DNA from: a virus | Virus record (IMG/VR): IMGVR_UViG_3300009104_000002 | Location: 126,480-190,479 of that record | Length of the DNA stretch: 64,000 nucleotides | Strand: one strand, 5' to 3' | In this document: positions 10,001-18,620 of the stretch, piece by piece | How the letters are laid out: the number at the start of each line of letters is the position of its first letter | How positions within the stretch are numbered: position 1 is the first letter of the stretch | Notes under the pieces: model-generated | Databases searched by the model: none | The model's input: the letters and a program-made list of their open reading frames with translations, nothing else | Told to the model about the DNA's origin: nothing | Translations under genes and position numbers: made by a program

Positions 10001-10172
10001 CCACGAACTCTGGGCTGATTTGTGTCTTGGTGTGAGCAATGTCGCCACAATGGACAATATAATCTGGCCTCTCCTTTCTCAAAATGTCGTACAGCTTGTC
10101 AAAAACAATCCTATACTCGTAATGATATTTTAAATTTTTAATGTGGGTATCTGCTATGTGGGCAAACTTCAA
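7014..10172 (-). CDS. Fused Mre11/SbcD nuclease - Rad50/SbcC ATPase (gp47-gp46-like), 1052 aa
   Basis: N-terminal phosphoesterase motifs ADTH, GDIAH, GNHD, LYHG and GDIH; then Walker A GKNFSGKSS, coiled coil, signature GSGAEK, Walker B ILDEP, D-loop TALD and H-loop LISH. Confidence 0.93.
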   Translation of the reverse strand: MKFAHIADTHIKNLKYHYEYRIVFDKLYDILRKERPDYIVHCGDIAHTKTQISPEFVEMCSEFLSSLADIAPTYVILGNHDGNLRNSSRQDALTPIVEALAHKNLHLLKKSGEIPLRGNVTLNVLSVFDEGGWAEPSNPNRINIALYHGSVSGVVTDTGWVMTHGEHPIEIFEGHDYGFLGDIHKTNQSLDKEGRIRYCGSTIQQNHGETNDKGILLWDIQDKEDFICRHIELKNPRPFVTIELTPKGKMPRNASKKIPSTARLRLVSNNNLPLDVMRKAVEVAKRRFKPESITFLNRATGQRGDVQNITDGLETEDLRNIQIQEELIKEYLKDFEVDEELMKRVLDLNLKYNKIAEEKEEVSRNINWRLRSVEWNNLFNYGEGNSINFDNIEGIVGIFGKNFSGKSSIIDSILYTIFNSTSKNDRKNLNIINQNREYGSGKIKISIGDTDYYIDRNSEKYTRKLKGQTTQEAKTNVDFTMYDPNFGDTESLNGLTRNQTDKNIRKVFGTLDDFLYSSMASQLDSLTFIKEGSTKRKEILAKFLDLEFFEHKFRLAKEDASDTRGALKKSEGRDFNSEILAAEDDLEEANNKLEKKKSACENFKIGLEDCSGQIGEINEKIKSIPAEIIDVMKVQQDLSDKKNQLISVSDQNEEFYLSRDQDRDTYRRVIEFLEEFDVKSLFDKQDRANDLLDQIASLENSLSTEEEELKRNKNKETLLSGIPCGTSFPKCKFIKDAYVAKATIPLNEKEVENLTDQIDDLSDDIQEINPDGVEEEIKAYNGLLDRRNELSNKITNYDLKIEKNSTLMKSLMKDIEGLEEKVSEYELNKDVIENLENLAKSLKTLKIKSQNFQNSMESCNASILALYKTVGSLEEKVNNLVAKKEEFLDLQEEFSAYDLYMRAMHPNGIAYDVIKRKLPVINEEIAKILANIVDFEVFFEDDGKRLDIFIKHPRHEPRPLEMGSGAEKTIAAMAIRLALLSVSSLPKSDIFILDEPGTALDEENMQGFIDILDLIRSYFKTVLLISHLDSLKDCVDVQITIDKKNGYAFIQQ

Positions 10173-10181
10173 ACTTTTCTC

Positions 10182-11105
10182 CTATAAGTCAAAAATTGCA
10201 GATACTAAAGAATCCTCTTCTCTAATAACTGGCGCATCTTGACTTAATTTTTCTACTTCTTCTTTGGACATATCGCCTACGTCCCTCTCATCATCATACT
10301 GCAGTTCGCGGACTTCGATTCCGTACTTAAAAAGCAATCTTTTGATGTTTTCAGCTTTGTATTTTGCATCTGGGTCTAATGCCAACAAAACCGGCGTATT
10401 GTTCTTGACTATCTTTTTGAATAGTCTAGATGTTTCTCTAATTGTTGAGCCCAAAATAGGAACTGCGTTATCTGCTTTGACAGCATCAAACGCTCCTTCA
10501 ACAATTGTGACCTCTTTATCAAAATCAACATACAATTCATTGAATACTATGTCGCGACTGACTGGAGGATTTTTATATCTTCTATAATCGTCTGTAAATG
10601 TTCTTGCTATGAAATAATTTAAGTCTCCATTTTCATTAAATGATGGGATTATGATCCTTCCCTTGAATGGGCCATCGGAACAAAAGCCAATTTTCCATTT
10701 TAGGATGTCCTTTCTTGTAATGCCTCGTTTTTCAAGGTACCCCAATGGTACCCTAAATTTGCAATTTCCAGTCAAAGTATGAAAATTTGGTGGCATTTCT
10801 ATAATCTGCTCAATTTTATCCTCTTCGATCTCTTCAAAAAGACTTTCAAATTCATTTAAGTCTGTTTTCTCACCAGAAAATGCCTTCCAAGCCTCTTGAT
10901 CCCTGTGTGATCCGAACTTGCGAACCAATCGATAAAGATTCCTTCCTTTTTCGTCGCAAACCCAGCACTTGTAAACACCGCGCTGGATATTGACAGAGAA
11001 TTTCCTCTTGTGATGCTTACAAAACGGGCATTTAAACAAATGCTCGTTGTTTGATTTATAAGATTTCCCAAGGAAGCCAATTATAATCGAAAGCTTTTCG
11101 TCCAT
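10182..11105 (-). CDS. DNA primase (Zn-finger + TOPRIM)
   Basis: CPFC...CWVC zinc-binding domain, IVEGAFDA, ALDPDA, DVGD. Confidence 0.9.
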   Translation of the reverse strand: MDEKLSIIIGFLGKSYKSNNEHLFKCPFCKHHKRKFSVNIQRGVYKCWVCDEKGRNLYRLVRKFGSHRDQEAWKAFSGEKTDLNEFESLFEEIEEDKIEQIIEMPPNFHTLTGNCKFRVPLGYLEKRGITRKDILKWKIGFCSDGPFKGRIIIPSFNENGDLNYFIARTFTDDYRRYKNPPVSRDIVFNELYVDFDKEVTIVEGAFDAVKADNAVPILGSTIRETSRLFKKIVKNNTPVLLALDPDAKYKAENIKRLLFKYGIEVRELQYDDERDVGDMSKEEVEKLSQDAPVIREEDSLVSAIFDL

Positions 11106-11111
11106 ATTAAT

Positions 11112-11140
11112 AATATAACATGAATACCACTGCGTGTCAA
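11112..11140 (-). promoter_or_regulatory. Sigma70-type promoter for primase (probably leaderless transcript)
   Basis: TTGACA-17 nt-TATATT; the ATG begins 7 nt after the -10 box; no SD. Confidence 0.8.
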
Positions 11141-11148
11141 GGATTATT

Positions 11149-11445
11149 TTAATTTGGTGATTGCGATTGAGACCTGTCCCTTATACGGAATAATAGGGCT
11201 TGAAGATGTTGTCTATATTTATTTAGATCATCCGATTCTGCAATTTTTATTAGGAGTTCCTCAACATCCTGAATAATTGCTCTCTCCCTATTCGAGACGT
11301 CGCCGCCCAGAGTTTCTCCGGAACGAATAGATTTTGATCGCTCCCTTTCTGATGATGCAAGTGCACTCTTTGTTACACCAGTGGCGCCGATTCTCCCCAT
11401 TTCTTCATTAATGATATTAATCAAATCTTTTTTAGATATTTTCAT
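11149..11445 (-). CDS. Hypothetical protein with MKISKKDLINIINEE leader
   Basis: Leader motif shared with 4378-4719 and 5941-6780. Confidence 0.7.
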   Translation of the reverse strand: MKISKKDLINIINEEMGRIGATGVTKSALASSERERSKSIRSGETLGGDVSNRERAIIQDVEELLIKIAESDDLNKYRQHLQALLFRIRDRSQSQSPN

Positions 11446-11450
11446 CTTAA

Positions 11451-11966
11451 CTAACTCCTTTCCTGTAATAAATAGTGCCCTGCACGAGCAACTACCACAG
11501 CGTCAGCAATATCGTAGCAGTATTTCTGAACGTTGCCGTGTCTTGTATAAATTATTTCGAACTCTTCGCTTTCAATAAAATGTTCCATGACAACTTCTTT
11601 GGCTTTTTTGCCCTTGGCTACCTTTATTCCACATTTTGATCTTGCCGAGATGGGAGTTATATAGTTTGGCTCCATATCGAAGAGTTGATAGGACTGCCAG
11701 GATACAATTCCATTGAATCTCTGGAGAACGGACATTGTTTTTGCCGTTGAGCCTCCTCTGCGGAAGAACATGAGAGCTTGCTCAATAAAGATGTGCTCGA
11801 TATTGTGATTCTTCTTTATTTCTTTCAGGGAATCTTCAACTTTTCGGGCCTTTTCAAAGAAGTTTCCAACTTTTCGCAAGTCAATGTACTCCGTATGAAC
11901 GATTTTGTTATCGTTCATGACGCATACTCCGACTATGCTTGTGCTTATGTCTAATCCTAATATCAC
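11451..11966 (-). CDS. RuvC-like Holliday junction resolvase
   Basis: ILGLDIS, IFIEQ and DIADA acidic RNase H-fold motifs. Confidence 0.8.
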   Translation of the reverse strand: MILGLDISTSIVGVCVMNDNKIVHTEYIDLRKVGNFFEKARKVEDSLKEIKKNHNIEHIFIEQALMFFRRGGSTAKTMSVLQRFNGIVSWQSYQLFDMEPNYITPISARSKCGIKVAKGKKAKEVVMEHFIESEEFEIIYTRHGNVQKYCYDIADAVVVARAGHYLLQERS

Positions 11967-13135
11967 TAAATATCCAACTTTAATTTAAAAGTAATGTCCC
12001 TATCTTGAGTTTTTTTAACGGGAGATGCCACCGTTGCAACGCCAATTAGATTTTTTTCTTCATCATAAATTCCGATTTTAGAAATATATGTTATTTTTTC
12101 AAAAGAACCAGTAGGATCAACGTATGAAGAGCTTACTGTGTTTTTTATTTTTATGTTTTTGCCCTCTATATACGAAAATGTTCCCGTCGAAGGAGCCGTT
12201 GATTGGCCGTGTTCTATGTAAGTTGGATTGTTGGAGTGATTCATTTCGGCCTTGTTTGCATGTGCGAACATCGTTAGGGTGGGTATTTTATTTACACCAT
12301 TCATATTCAAAGAATAACTTGACGAAGGGATAATTCCAGACGGCAAATCATCATTGGCACCACATCCGTAAAAGAGCCACGAGGAAGTTTGTAAATTTGA
12401 AATATCATTTAAATAATTTCTAGCAATTCCCGTTTCTAAAGTCCATGATCCGGTTAATAAAATAAATCCTTCATTATATAAAGCAACTCCTGCGACGGAT
12501 CCAGAGCCATTACTACCAGGAGGGCCAGTTTGAACCATTTCTCCATTTCTTCTCTCGTCTTTTAGGCTACCAATTAATGTGCCAGAAATATAGAAATCCA
12601 ATTCCAAGCTTCCCTTCTTAATTGAATCTCCATATAGAATTGAAGGAATAGAAATCAACCCCAGAGGCTGCGTTTCCTTATCCCCAAAGGAAGAATTATA
12701 TTCGTATTGTCTAGACAGGATGGTATAAGAGTTTAGTACATTTTTTAGCGCATTTATTTCTGGACGTGCTTGACCGAGTTGATAAAAATCTCTCTTTATG
12801 CTGGAAGATAGTGGATAGCTCCCAGTAATCGTATCGCCATAAGAAAAATCCGTATTGAATGTTGTTGTGGATATCGTTTTTGTGCCTATTAGGCTCCCAT
12901 CTTTCGTAACAAAGGGGTAGATTAATCCGGTAGCAGCTTCATTTCTATCTACATTTAATTCATATAGAGAAACGAATCCCTGCGGTACCAAAAGTGTTGG
13001 ATCTGCAAACGATCCAGAAATTACTGCCTTATTGTTGTGATATATTTTTGCGTCGTATACCTTGAAGGACTGCTCTGGGTTTGTTTCCAAAACATTATAG
13101 AGTATATCTTTTTCCTCGAACTTCTTAAATGTCAT
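11966..13135 (-). CDS. Virion structural protein (tail/baseplate), paralogue of 13182-14219
   Basis: C-terminal YISKIGIYDEEKNLIGVA...PVKK...FKLKLDI, resembling the C-terminal half of tail-collar fibre domains; S/T/G-rich. Confidence 0.6.
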   Translation of the reverse strand: MTFKKFEEKDILYNVLETNPEQSFKVYDAKIYHNNKAVISGSFADPTLLVPQGFVSLYELNVDRNEAATGLIYPFVTKDGSLIGTKTISTTTFNTDFSYGDTITGSYPLSSSIKRDFYQLGQARPEINALKNVLNSYTILSRQYEYNSSFGDKETQPLGLISIPSILYGDSIKKGSLELDFYISGTLIGSLKDERRNGEMVQTGPPGSNGSGSVAGVALYNEGFILLTGSWTLETGIARNYLNDISNLQTSSWLFYGCGANDDLPSGIIPSSSYSLNMNGVNKIPTLTMFAHANKAEMNHSNNPTYIEHGQSTAPSTGTFSYIEGKNIKIKNTVSSSYVDPTGSFEKITYISKIGIYDEEKNLIGVATVASPVKKTQDRDITFKLKLDI

Positions 13136-13143
13136 ATCATTAA

Positions 13144-13151
13144 TAAATAGT
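13144..13151 (-). promoter_or_regulatory. ACTATTTA motif, candidate late promoter
   Basis: Exact octamer ending 8 nt before the ATG at 13135. Confidence 0.55.
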
Positions 13152-13181
13152 AGTTATTTCAACTTCTTTCGCGAGGAGTCA

Positions 13182-14219
13182 CTAATAATCTAATCTAACC
13201 CTAATCGTAAGTTCGTTTGTTGGATCCTTCTTGAGAGGTTCCGAAACTTTTGCAACAGCCAACAATTCATTGTCGTCGGAATATAGTCCAATTGTGGTAA
13301 TATAAGATGCTGGAGTGTCTGTTGAGATATTTTTTAATCTGATTTTACTGCCAGAAAGATAGGTCGGATTTGAACTATAGTTAAATTCATTAGTTCCTGC
13401 TCTGCAAAAATAAATTGTTGAATTTAATTCAGTCGTATTATTGAAATCCAAATCATTCCATCTATTTCTTATCCCGTCACAGGAAGAGGAAATTTCTGAT
13501 CCTGTCAAAACTGCGTCAATCGAGGCCGTATCATAGGTTGCAGCAGGTGCTCCAAATTCCCCGTCAAAAATTGATGCTGTCAATACCGCGATTCCTGCTT
13601 GATAATATAGCAAGCCAACCCCAGTATCCTCTGCCGCGATTGAAGATGTATACAAAATTCCGTATTCTCCGGCTGGCGAATTTGTTCTGTAATCGTCGTT
13701 TGCTCCGTAATCCGAGATTGTCAAAAGAGATCCAAAATCTGGAGAAGAGGGCGTACCACCGGTCGCAAACGACAAGATGAACGATTGTTTTTTAATTTCA
13801 TCTTTTGATAAGAGGCGAGAGAAGTTGATGAAAACACATTCCTTCATGCTATCGCCAGCACTACTATAGTCACCGTCCTTATCGAATTGGCGAATATTGT
13901 TATTTTCATCAAAACCAGCCAATACCATGGCCATCTGATTATAAATATTAATCTTTTTTGCGTTTTGAGAAGAGGCAGAGCCGGAAAGTGGAGAATCGGA
14001 AGTATATCCGACACTCAAATCAAAAATATGATTAGCCGACGAACTCAAATATGGATAATCATATACACTCTGAAACATTCCGTGTGCATAATTTTTTATA
14101 TTTTCGTCATCGTAAGTTCCTGAAACAATCGATCCAGTAATTGGTATAGCCTCGTGGAGCAATGTTCTCGTATTTGCTATATCTTTGTCTAATACTAAAG
14201 TTTTATATGTTGTTGCCAT
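13182..14219 (-). CDS. Virion structural protein (tail/baseplate), paralogue of 11966-13135
   Basis: EFNYSSNPTY and C-terminal YITTIGLYSDDNELLAVAK...PLKK...IRVRLDY. Confidence 0.6.
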   Translation of the reverse strand: MATTYKTLVLDKDIANTRTLLHEAIPITGSIVSGTYDDENIKNYAHGMFQSVYDYPYLSSSANHIFDLSVGYTSDSPLSGSASSQNAKKINIYNQMAMVLAGFDENNNIRQFDKDGDYSSAGDSMKECVFINFSRLLSKDEIKKQSFILSFATGGTPSSPDFGSLLTISDYGANDDYRTNSPAGEYGILYTSSIAAEDTGVGLLYYQAGIAVLTASIFDGEFGAPAATYDTASIDAVLTGSEISSSCDGIRNRWNDLDFNNTTELNSTIYFCRAGTNEFNYSSNPTYLSGSKIRLKNISTDTPASYITTIGLYSDDNELLAVAKVSEPLKKDPTNELTIRVRLDY

Positions 14220-14233
14220 ACTCTAATCCTATC

Positions 14234-15130
14234 CTATTGTTTCTTTAAAAGTCTAATTGGTAAATCAACTCTGTATCCAGTTGTTTGACCGCTGATTCGT
14301 ATATTTGTGTCTACAAAATAATATGTTGAGACAGTGCCGCCCAGAGTTGTAAATAAATAAGTACTCGATTGAAGGTCAATTGTGGACCTTAGGCCGATCG
14401 TCAGGGTGCTCCCCCTTGGGCCAGCAATTGCGTTAGAATCTCCGGTGTCTCCCGTACTATCGGTGACAAATGTTGTCTCCGACACCGAATAAGATGCTAT
14501 TGAGTCATCATCAATGAATGATGGAGTCGCGTCAAGTCCCGATGAATCAGTCAATGTTATCAGGCGATTATCCATCTCTATCGTATATTGAGTTTCATTT
14601 AGGTCCGGTGGAATTGCAGCGTCCTTGCTAATTGCCGTCGTATCGAGACCTTGATTGAGAATAAGTGGGTTTTCGGCATTTTTTGGATCAAACGCATCGT
14701 ATGCTGTACCAATGCCCGCAGAATCGGCGCCAGAGCCAAGAGCAACGCGAGTATCTTTGTCAACTGCGACCGCAATTAGTCCAGATGCTAAAGTTGCAAC
14801 CTGATTCAATTGATATCCAGTGCCATTATTATTAAATTTAATGATTGGCAAATAAAGAACGTTTGTTCTGGTAATTGTGATCAATTTTGACTTCATTGAA
14901 GAAGTGTTGTTTGTGAATCCTTCCAATACTGGAGTTTGCAGGATTTGCAAATCATAAAATGCGGATCCCCTAGAATCATTGCTATTATACAATTCATAAT
15001 TGATCTCATCATCTCCGAAAGCAAATTTGGTAATTTTAAAACTACCATCACCCCTTGCTAATCTCTCTCTTCCCGCGTCTGTCAATACGGCATCCAAAAT
15101 AATGTCGCCGCTGTTATCTAAAAAAGCCAT
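14234..15130 (-). CDS. Virion structural protein with tail-collar-fibre-like N-terminus
   Basis: ILDAVLTDAGRERLARGDGSFKITKFAFGDDEINY resembles the LTxxGxxxLA...ITxxAxGD start of tail-collar domains. Confidence 0.6.
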   Translation of the reverse strand: MAFLDNSGDIILDAVLTDAGRERLARGDGSFKITKFAFGDDEINYELYNSNDSRGSAFYDLQILQTPVLEGFTNNTSSMKSKLITITRTNVLYLPIIKFNNNGTGYQLNQVATLASGLIAVAVDKDTRVALGSGADSAGIGTAYDAFDPKNAENPLILNQGLDTTAISKDAAIPPDLNETQYTIEMDNRLITLTDSSGLDATPSFIDDDSIASYSVSETTFVTDSTGDTGDSNAIAGPRGSTLTIGLRSTIDLQSSTYLFTTLGGTVSTYYFVDTNIRISGQTTGYRVDLPIRLLKKQ

Positions 15131-15163
15131 ATTAATATATCCTCGTAATACTTTTTTACAAAA

Positions 15164-15171
15164 TAAATAGT
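15164..15171 (-). promoter_or_regulatory. ACTATTTA motif, candidate late promoter
   Basis: Exact octamer in the 70-bp gap upstream of 15130. Confidence 0.55.
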
Positions 15172-15200
15172 TTCTTTTTTACTTATTATTCAAAAACATT

Positions 15201-18200
15201 TTATTTTTCAACCTCCGGAAGTGTTGTGTGAACAGTTGATTTAAAATTAACATTCAAATCAACAACTTTTCCGGTCTTTTTCGAACTCAATCTTATCTTA
15301 AATGTTTTTCCGAATAATGCCTCTTCTTCTGTTCCCAAAATAGATGTTTCTCCGCGAGATAAATCGGCATATGTTTCCGGGCTGCTTTCTCTTGGTAAGA
15401 TCTGAGAAATTCTCGGCACAATATTAAATAGTCTCTTGAAACTTTTATTTATTTTCTGTTCGCCCTCTGGAAAGTCATAGCTTCTTATCAGGGGATAAAT
15501 TGCTCCGCTATTTTCTACTAACTCTATCTCATAGACGGGCGTTGGGTTGGAAGCAATCCCTCGTCTGTCAAAAACTCTAAACATGTAGTAATATTTCTTA
15601 TTTGGCGTTATATTATCCAAAAAAGATGCAGAAGGGGACTTTTCCCCGATTTCAAGAGTTTTTGTAATTATTTGTGGTGAAGAATTTTTAAAATCTTCAT
15701 AGCTCTCCGGTGGAGATGCGAGGCGTCTTATTTCGAAAGCCGATGCAAGATTCTCAAATTCATCGGATATAAATAAAATTTCTTGGAAATCAGTTAATTT
15801 TCTTGCTTCCCTAAAAGTTTTGTAAAAATTTTCCTCTTCTTCGCTAAAAATAATTGGTGCTTGCTCCAGACTTCCTTGGCCAGAATTCATAAAGAAAGAA
15901 ATTTTATCATCGATTCCACGATATGTGACAAAATTAATATTTGGAAAGAGTGGCGGATTATCCAAGATAGTTCCAACGCTCTCATAATATGGAATTTCAA
16001 TCAATTTAAGAGATGGCTTCGTAAAAACACTGTAAACGAGCTTATCAAATGCCTTTTCGACAGTAAAGCTTAAATTAACTAAATCAAAATATTCTTCTTG
16101 AGATTTTACAAAATCTTTAACATGGCCTTCAAGTATTCTTATTCTCTTGGAAAATTCATCTAGGCCACTTTGTATTTCCGCGAAACTTAATTTTTTTTCT
16201 TTATCTTTGTCGTCTGTATCAAAGAGATTCATAGAGTACGCTATCGTATTATCAAATTTTCTAAAAGAAGTTAATCTATCAAAATTTTTATTTTTTGCAT
16301 CTTTTTGAATATTGCCTCTCTTTATCGCGTTGCTGACCAAATCGATCAAAAGGGCGCCCAATAATCCGACGCCAGCCAGAACGGTACCAATACCCCCGCC
16401 AACAATAAGCGATGCGCCGCCGAGGGCGCCAGAGATTGCGGCAGCAGTTCCTTCGTCAAAATCACTAAAATCCTCGCGGGAAAGGACAATATCTCTAAAT
16501 TCTGATAAGAATTTGGACACACGAGTATTCCATTGTACAAAATCCAGCAGTCCTCCTGCACGATCTATATCTTTGAAAGTTCCGGGAACCGTTGAACTAC
16601 CAAAACCCTTTGAGCCGTATATGTTCGTCTCTAGACCTACTATATCCTCAAATCTCCCCAAGACCACCGGATCTATTTCTTCTTTTAAAATTTCGTTTCC
16701 AAAGCGGTCGACTCCGGTGCCGGTATTCAGAATGCTCCTGATAAAATCGGTATAAGGTTGGATATTTTTTTGATAAGATGTTCTTAAGCCGAAAAATCCC
16801 TCCTTACTTGTGGACCCTATTTCTACCAAACTTTGGGCAATAAAGGCATCAGCTATGGCGTCTGCATTGGGGATTCCTAGATCAGAAATCGTGTCTCTAA
16901 TTTCTGCTATGAATTTTAATTTTTGCATTTCGTCAAAACTTTCTTCTAAAAATCCAGAAGTACCGCCAACAATAGAAAATTCGTCACCGAAAGAACTGGC
17001 GCCATAAGAGGCTTCCAAAATGGAGATTTGTTCTTGATATGCATATTCCGACCCGACTTCCATTTTATAGGCAAAAATTTTATATCTATATTTCTTTCCA
17101 TACTTTACTTGAGAATCAATATAATTTAATCCCAAATATGTATTTTCGGCGGGAATCCAAAAATTCTGAATTGGCGTTATTGATCCTATTTCAAATTTTG
17201 CAATTCTATAAAATAAAGCCTTTGATGTATACGGCTTCACCCCCAATACAACGTCCTTATAACTTCTGGAATTTTCATCCAATAATTTTTGATATTCTTC
17301 TTTTAATTTGTCTAAATTTTCTAAATATGATGTCTCGATTGTTTTGTCGGATAGAGGACCTATTAAGTTATTTTTGGTAAAGCTAGCTTCTTCAGAAAAA
17401 TTCTTATATATTGAAGATTCTTCAGTTGGATCGGTAGAAATAGGCGCCTCATACATTTTTCGCAATATTTTCAACGCATCAAATACTTTTAGATTATTTT
17501 CTTGTATCTGATATATCTCTTCATAATCTTCCTGTTTTTCATCCAGATAGCTAGATGAGAGAAAGGTGCTTATAAACGGAGTTGAGACAACGGGACTTTC
17601 TGGATCTAGCTTTAGGGAGTCCTCCAATGTGGATATTTCTTGATTCATGATGTCGCAGAATGCCGTTGCCAAAAGACCGTCATATATAGCACTTCTGAAA
17701 TCATCCTCTTCTGCATTTCCTGGCGGATTTCCAAAAGAGATTTTTGCAAAAAATGGAAATATATCAACATTTTCCAGCAACGCAGAACTATCTTTAAAAT
17801 TTTCTTTTGTTATAAAATAATCTGCTACATTTTCAATAAAAAGTCCCGTGGCGCTGCTTTTCAGTGATGCCAGAGCATTTTCTCTTGATGGGTCAAGCGG
17901 ATCAGGCGTCACAATGACTTCTAATTTTTTTGTTGTTTTTGTGTCCTTATCATAAAATGTGCTATATTGAGTTCTTGTTTCTTTATCTCCAAAATATTTA
18001 TAAAAATTTAATAATCTTTTTTCCAAAACGGTAGCAGAAGATATGGACGATTCATAATTTTCATTTCCATAATTGAAAGTATATTCCACCTCCCCCACTA
18101 TTAGGGATCTATTATTAATATTCGAAGAATACATGATTGGCGCGTCGATTTCTAAATAATGATCAGAATATGGCCCAAGAATAGCGTCAGAACCCTCACC

Positions 18201-18617
18201 ACTATAAGATTCTCTCAATTGTTCAGCAAAATCTTCGAATACAGATTGGGGTGATTGTCGCAAATCAGAAACATTTATGATTGGTAAATCCAAATTCGGA
18301 GTTAATGTGACTTTCTCTGAATATATTGGGATCTCAATTACTTCTACGATGTCTGTTCCTGGAATCAGAAGGAAAAACGGCTCAAATTCATCCGAACCAA
18401 TTTCCTCTATTTCCATATTTGCTTTATTGCCGCTCTTTCCATCTGCTTGATAAAATTTGAATGGCGCATCAGGATTTAGAATGATTTTTTTACCATTACT
18501 GAATTTATCAGTCCAATAGCTATCTATATTTTGTCTAACTAGATCCGTAGAAGAATCATAATTCTCCGCTAAAACAAAATCTTTGTTATTAATCTTTGCG
18601 TCTTCTCTTACTGTCAT
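15201..18617 (-). CDS. Large putative virion protein (1138 aa) with FN3/Ig-like motifs and a central hydrophobic Gly/Ala segment
   Basis: YIDSQVKYGKKYRYKIFAY and FLDNITPNKKYYYMFRVFD; located in the tail module. Confidence 0.5.
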   Translation of the reverse strand: MTVREDAKINNKDFVLAENYDSSTDLVRQNIDSYWTDKFSNGKKIILNPDAPFKFYQADGKSGNKANMEIEEIGSDEFEPFFLLIPGTDIVEVIEIPIYSEKVTLTPNLDLPIINVSDLRQSPQSVFEDFAEQLRESYSGEGSDAILGPYSDHYLEIDAPIMYSSNINNRSLIVGEVEYTFNYGNENYESSISSATVLEKRLLNFYKYFGDKETRTQYSTFYDKDTKTTKKLEVIVTPDPLDPSRENALASLKSSATGLFIENVADYFITKENFKDSSALLENVDIFPFFAKISFGNPPGNAEEDDFRSAIYDGLLATAFCDIMNQEISTLEDSLKLDPESPVVSTPFISTFLSSSYLDEKQEDYEEIYQIQENNLKVFDALKILRKMYEAPISTDPTEESSIYKNFSEEASFTKNNLIGPLSDKTIETSYLENLDKLKEEYQKLLDENSRSYKDVVLGVKPYTSKALFYRIAKFEIGSITPIQNFWIPAENTYLGLNYIDSQVKYGKKYRYKIFAYKMEVGSEYAYQEQISILEASYGASSFGDEFSIVGGTSGFLEESFDEMQKLKFIAEIRDTISDLGIPNADAIADAFIAQSLVEIGSTSKEGFFGLRTSYQKNIQPYTDFIRSILNTGTGVDRFGNEILKEEIDPVVLGRFEDIVGLETNIYGSKGFGSSTVPGTFKDIDRAGGLLDFVQWNTRVSKFLSEFRDIVLSREDFSDFDEGTAAAISGALGGASLIVGGGIGTVLAGVGLLGALLIDLVSNAIKRGNIQKDAKNKNFDRLTSFRKFDNTIAYSMNLFDTDDKDKEKKLSFAEIQSGLDEFSKRIRILEGHVKDFVKSQEEYFDLVNLSFTVEKAFDKLVYSVFTKPSLKLIEIPYYESVGTILDNPPLFPNINFVTYRGIDDKISFFMNSGQGSLEQAPIIFSEEEENFYKTFREARKLTDFQEILFISDEFENLASAFEIRRLASPPESYEDFKNSSPQIITKTLEIGEKSPSASFLDNITPNKKYYYMFRVFDRRGIASNPTPVYEIELVENSGAIYPLIRSYDFPEGEQKINKSFKRLFNIVPRISQILPRESSPETYADLSRGETSILGTEEEALFGKTFKIRLSSKKTGKVVDLNVNFKSTVHTTLPEVEK

Positions 18618-18620
18618 CTG

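Noticed and set aside
2070-11105. Inteins, introns or homing endonucleases in terminase, Mre11-Rad50 or primase
   Set aside because: Lengths are explained by the domains present, and no Hint (C...HN), LAGLIDADG, HNH or GIY-YIG motifs were seen.
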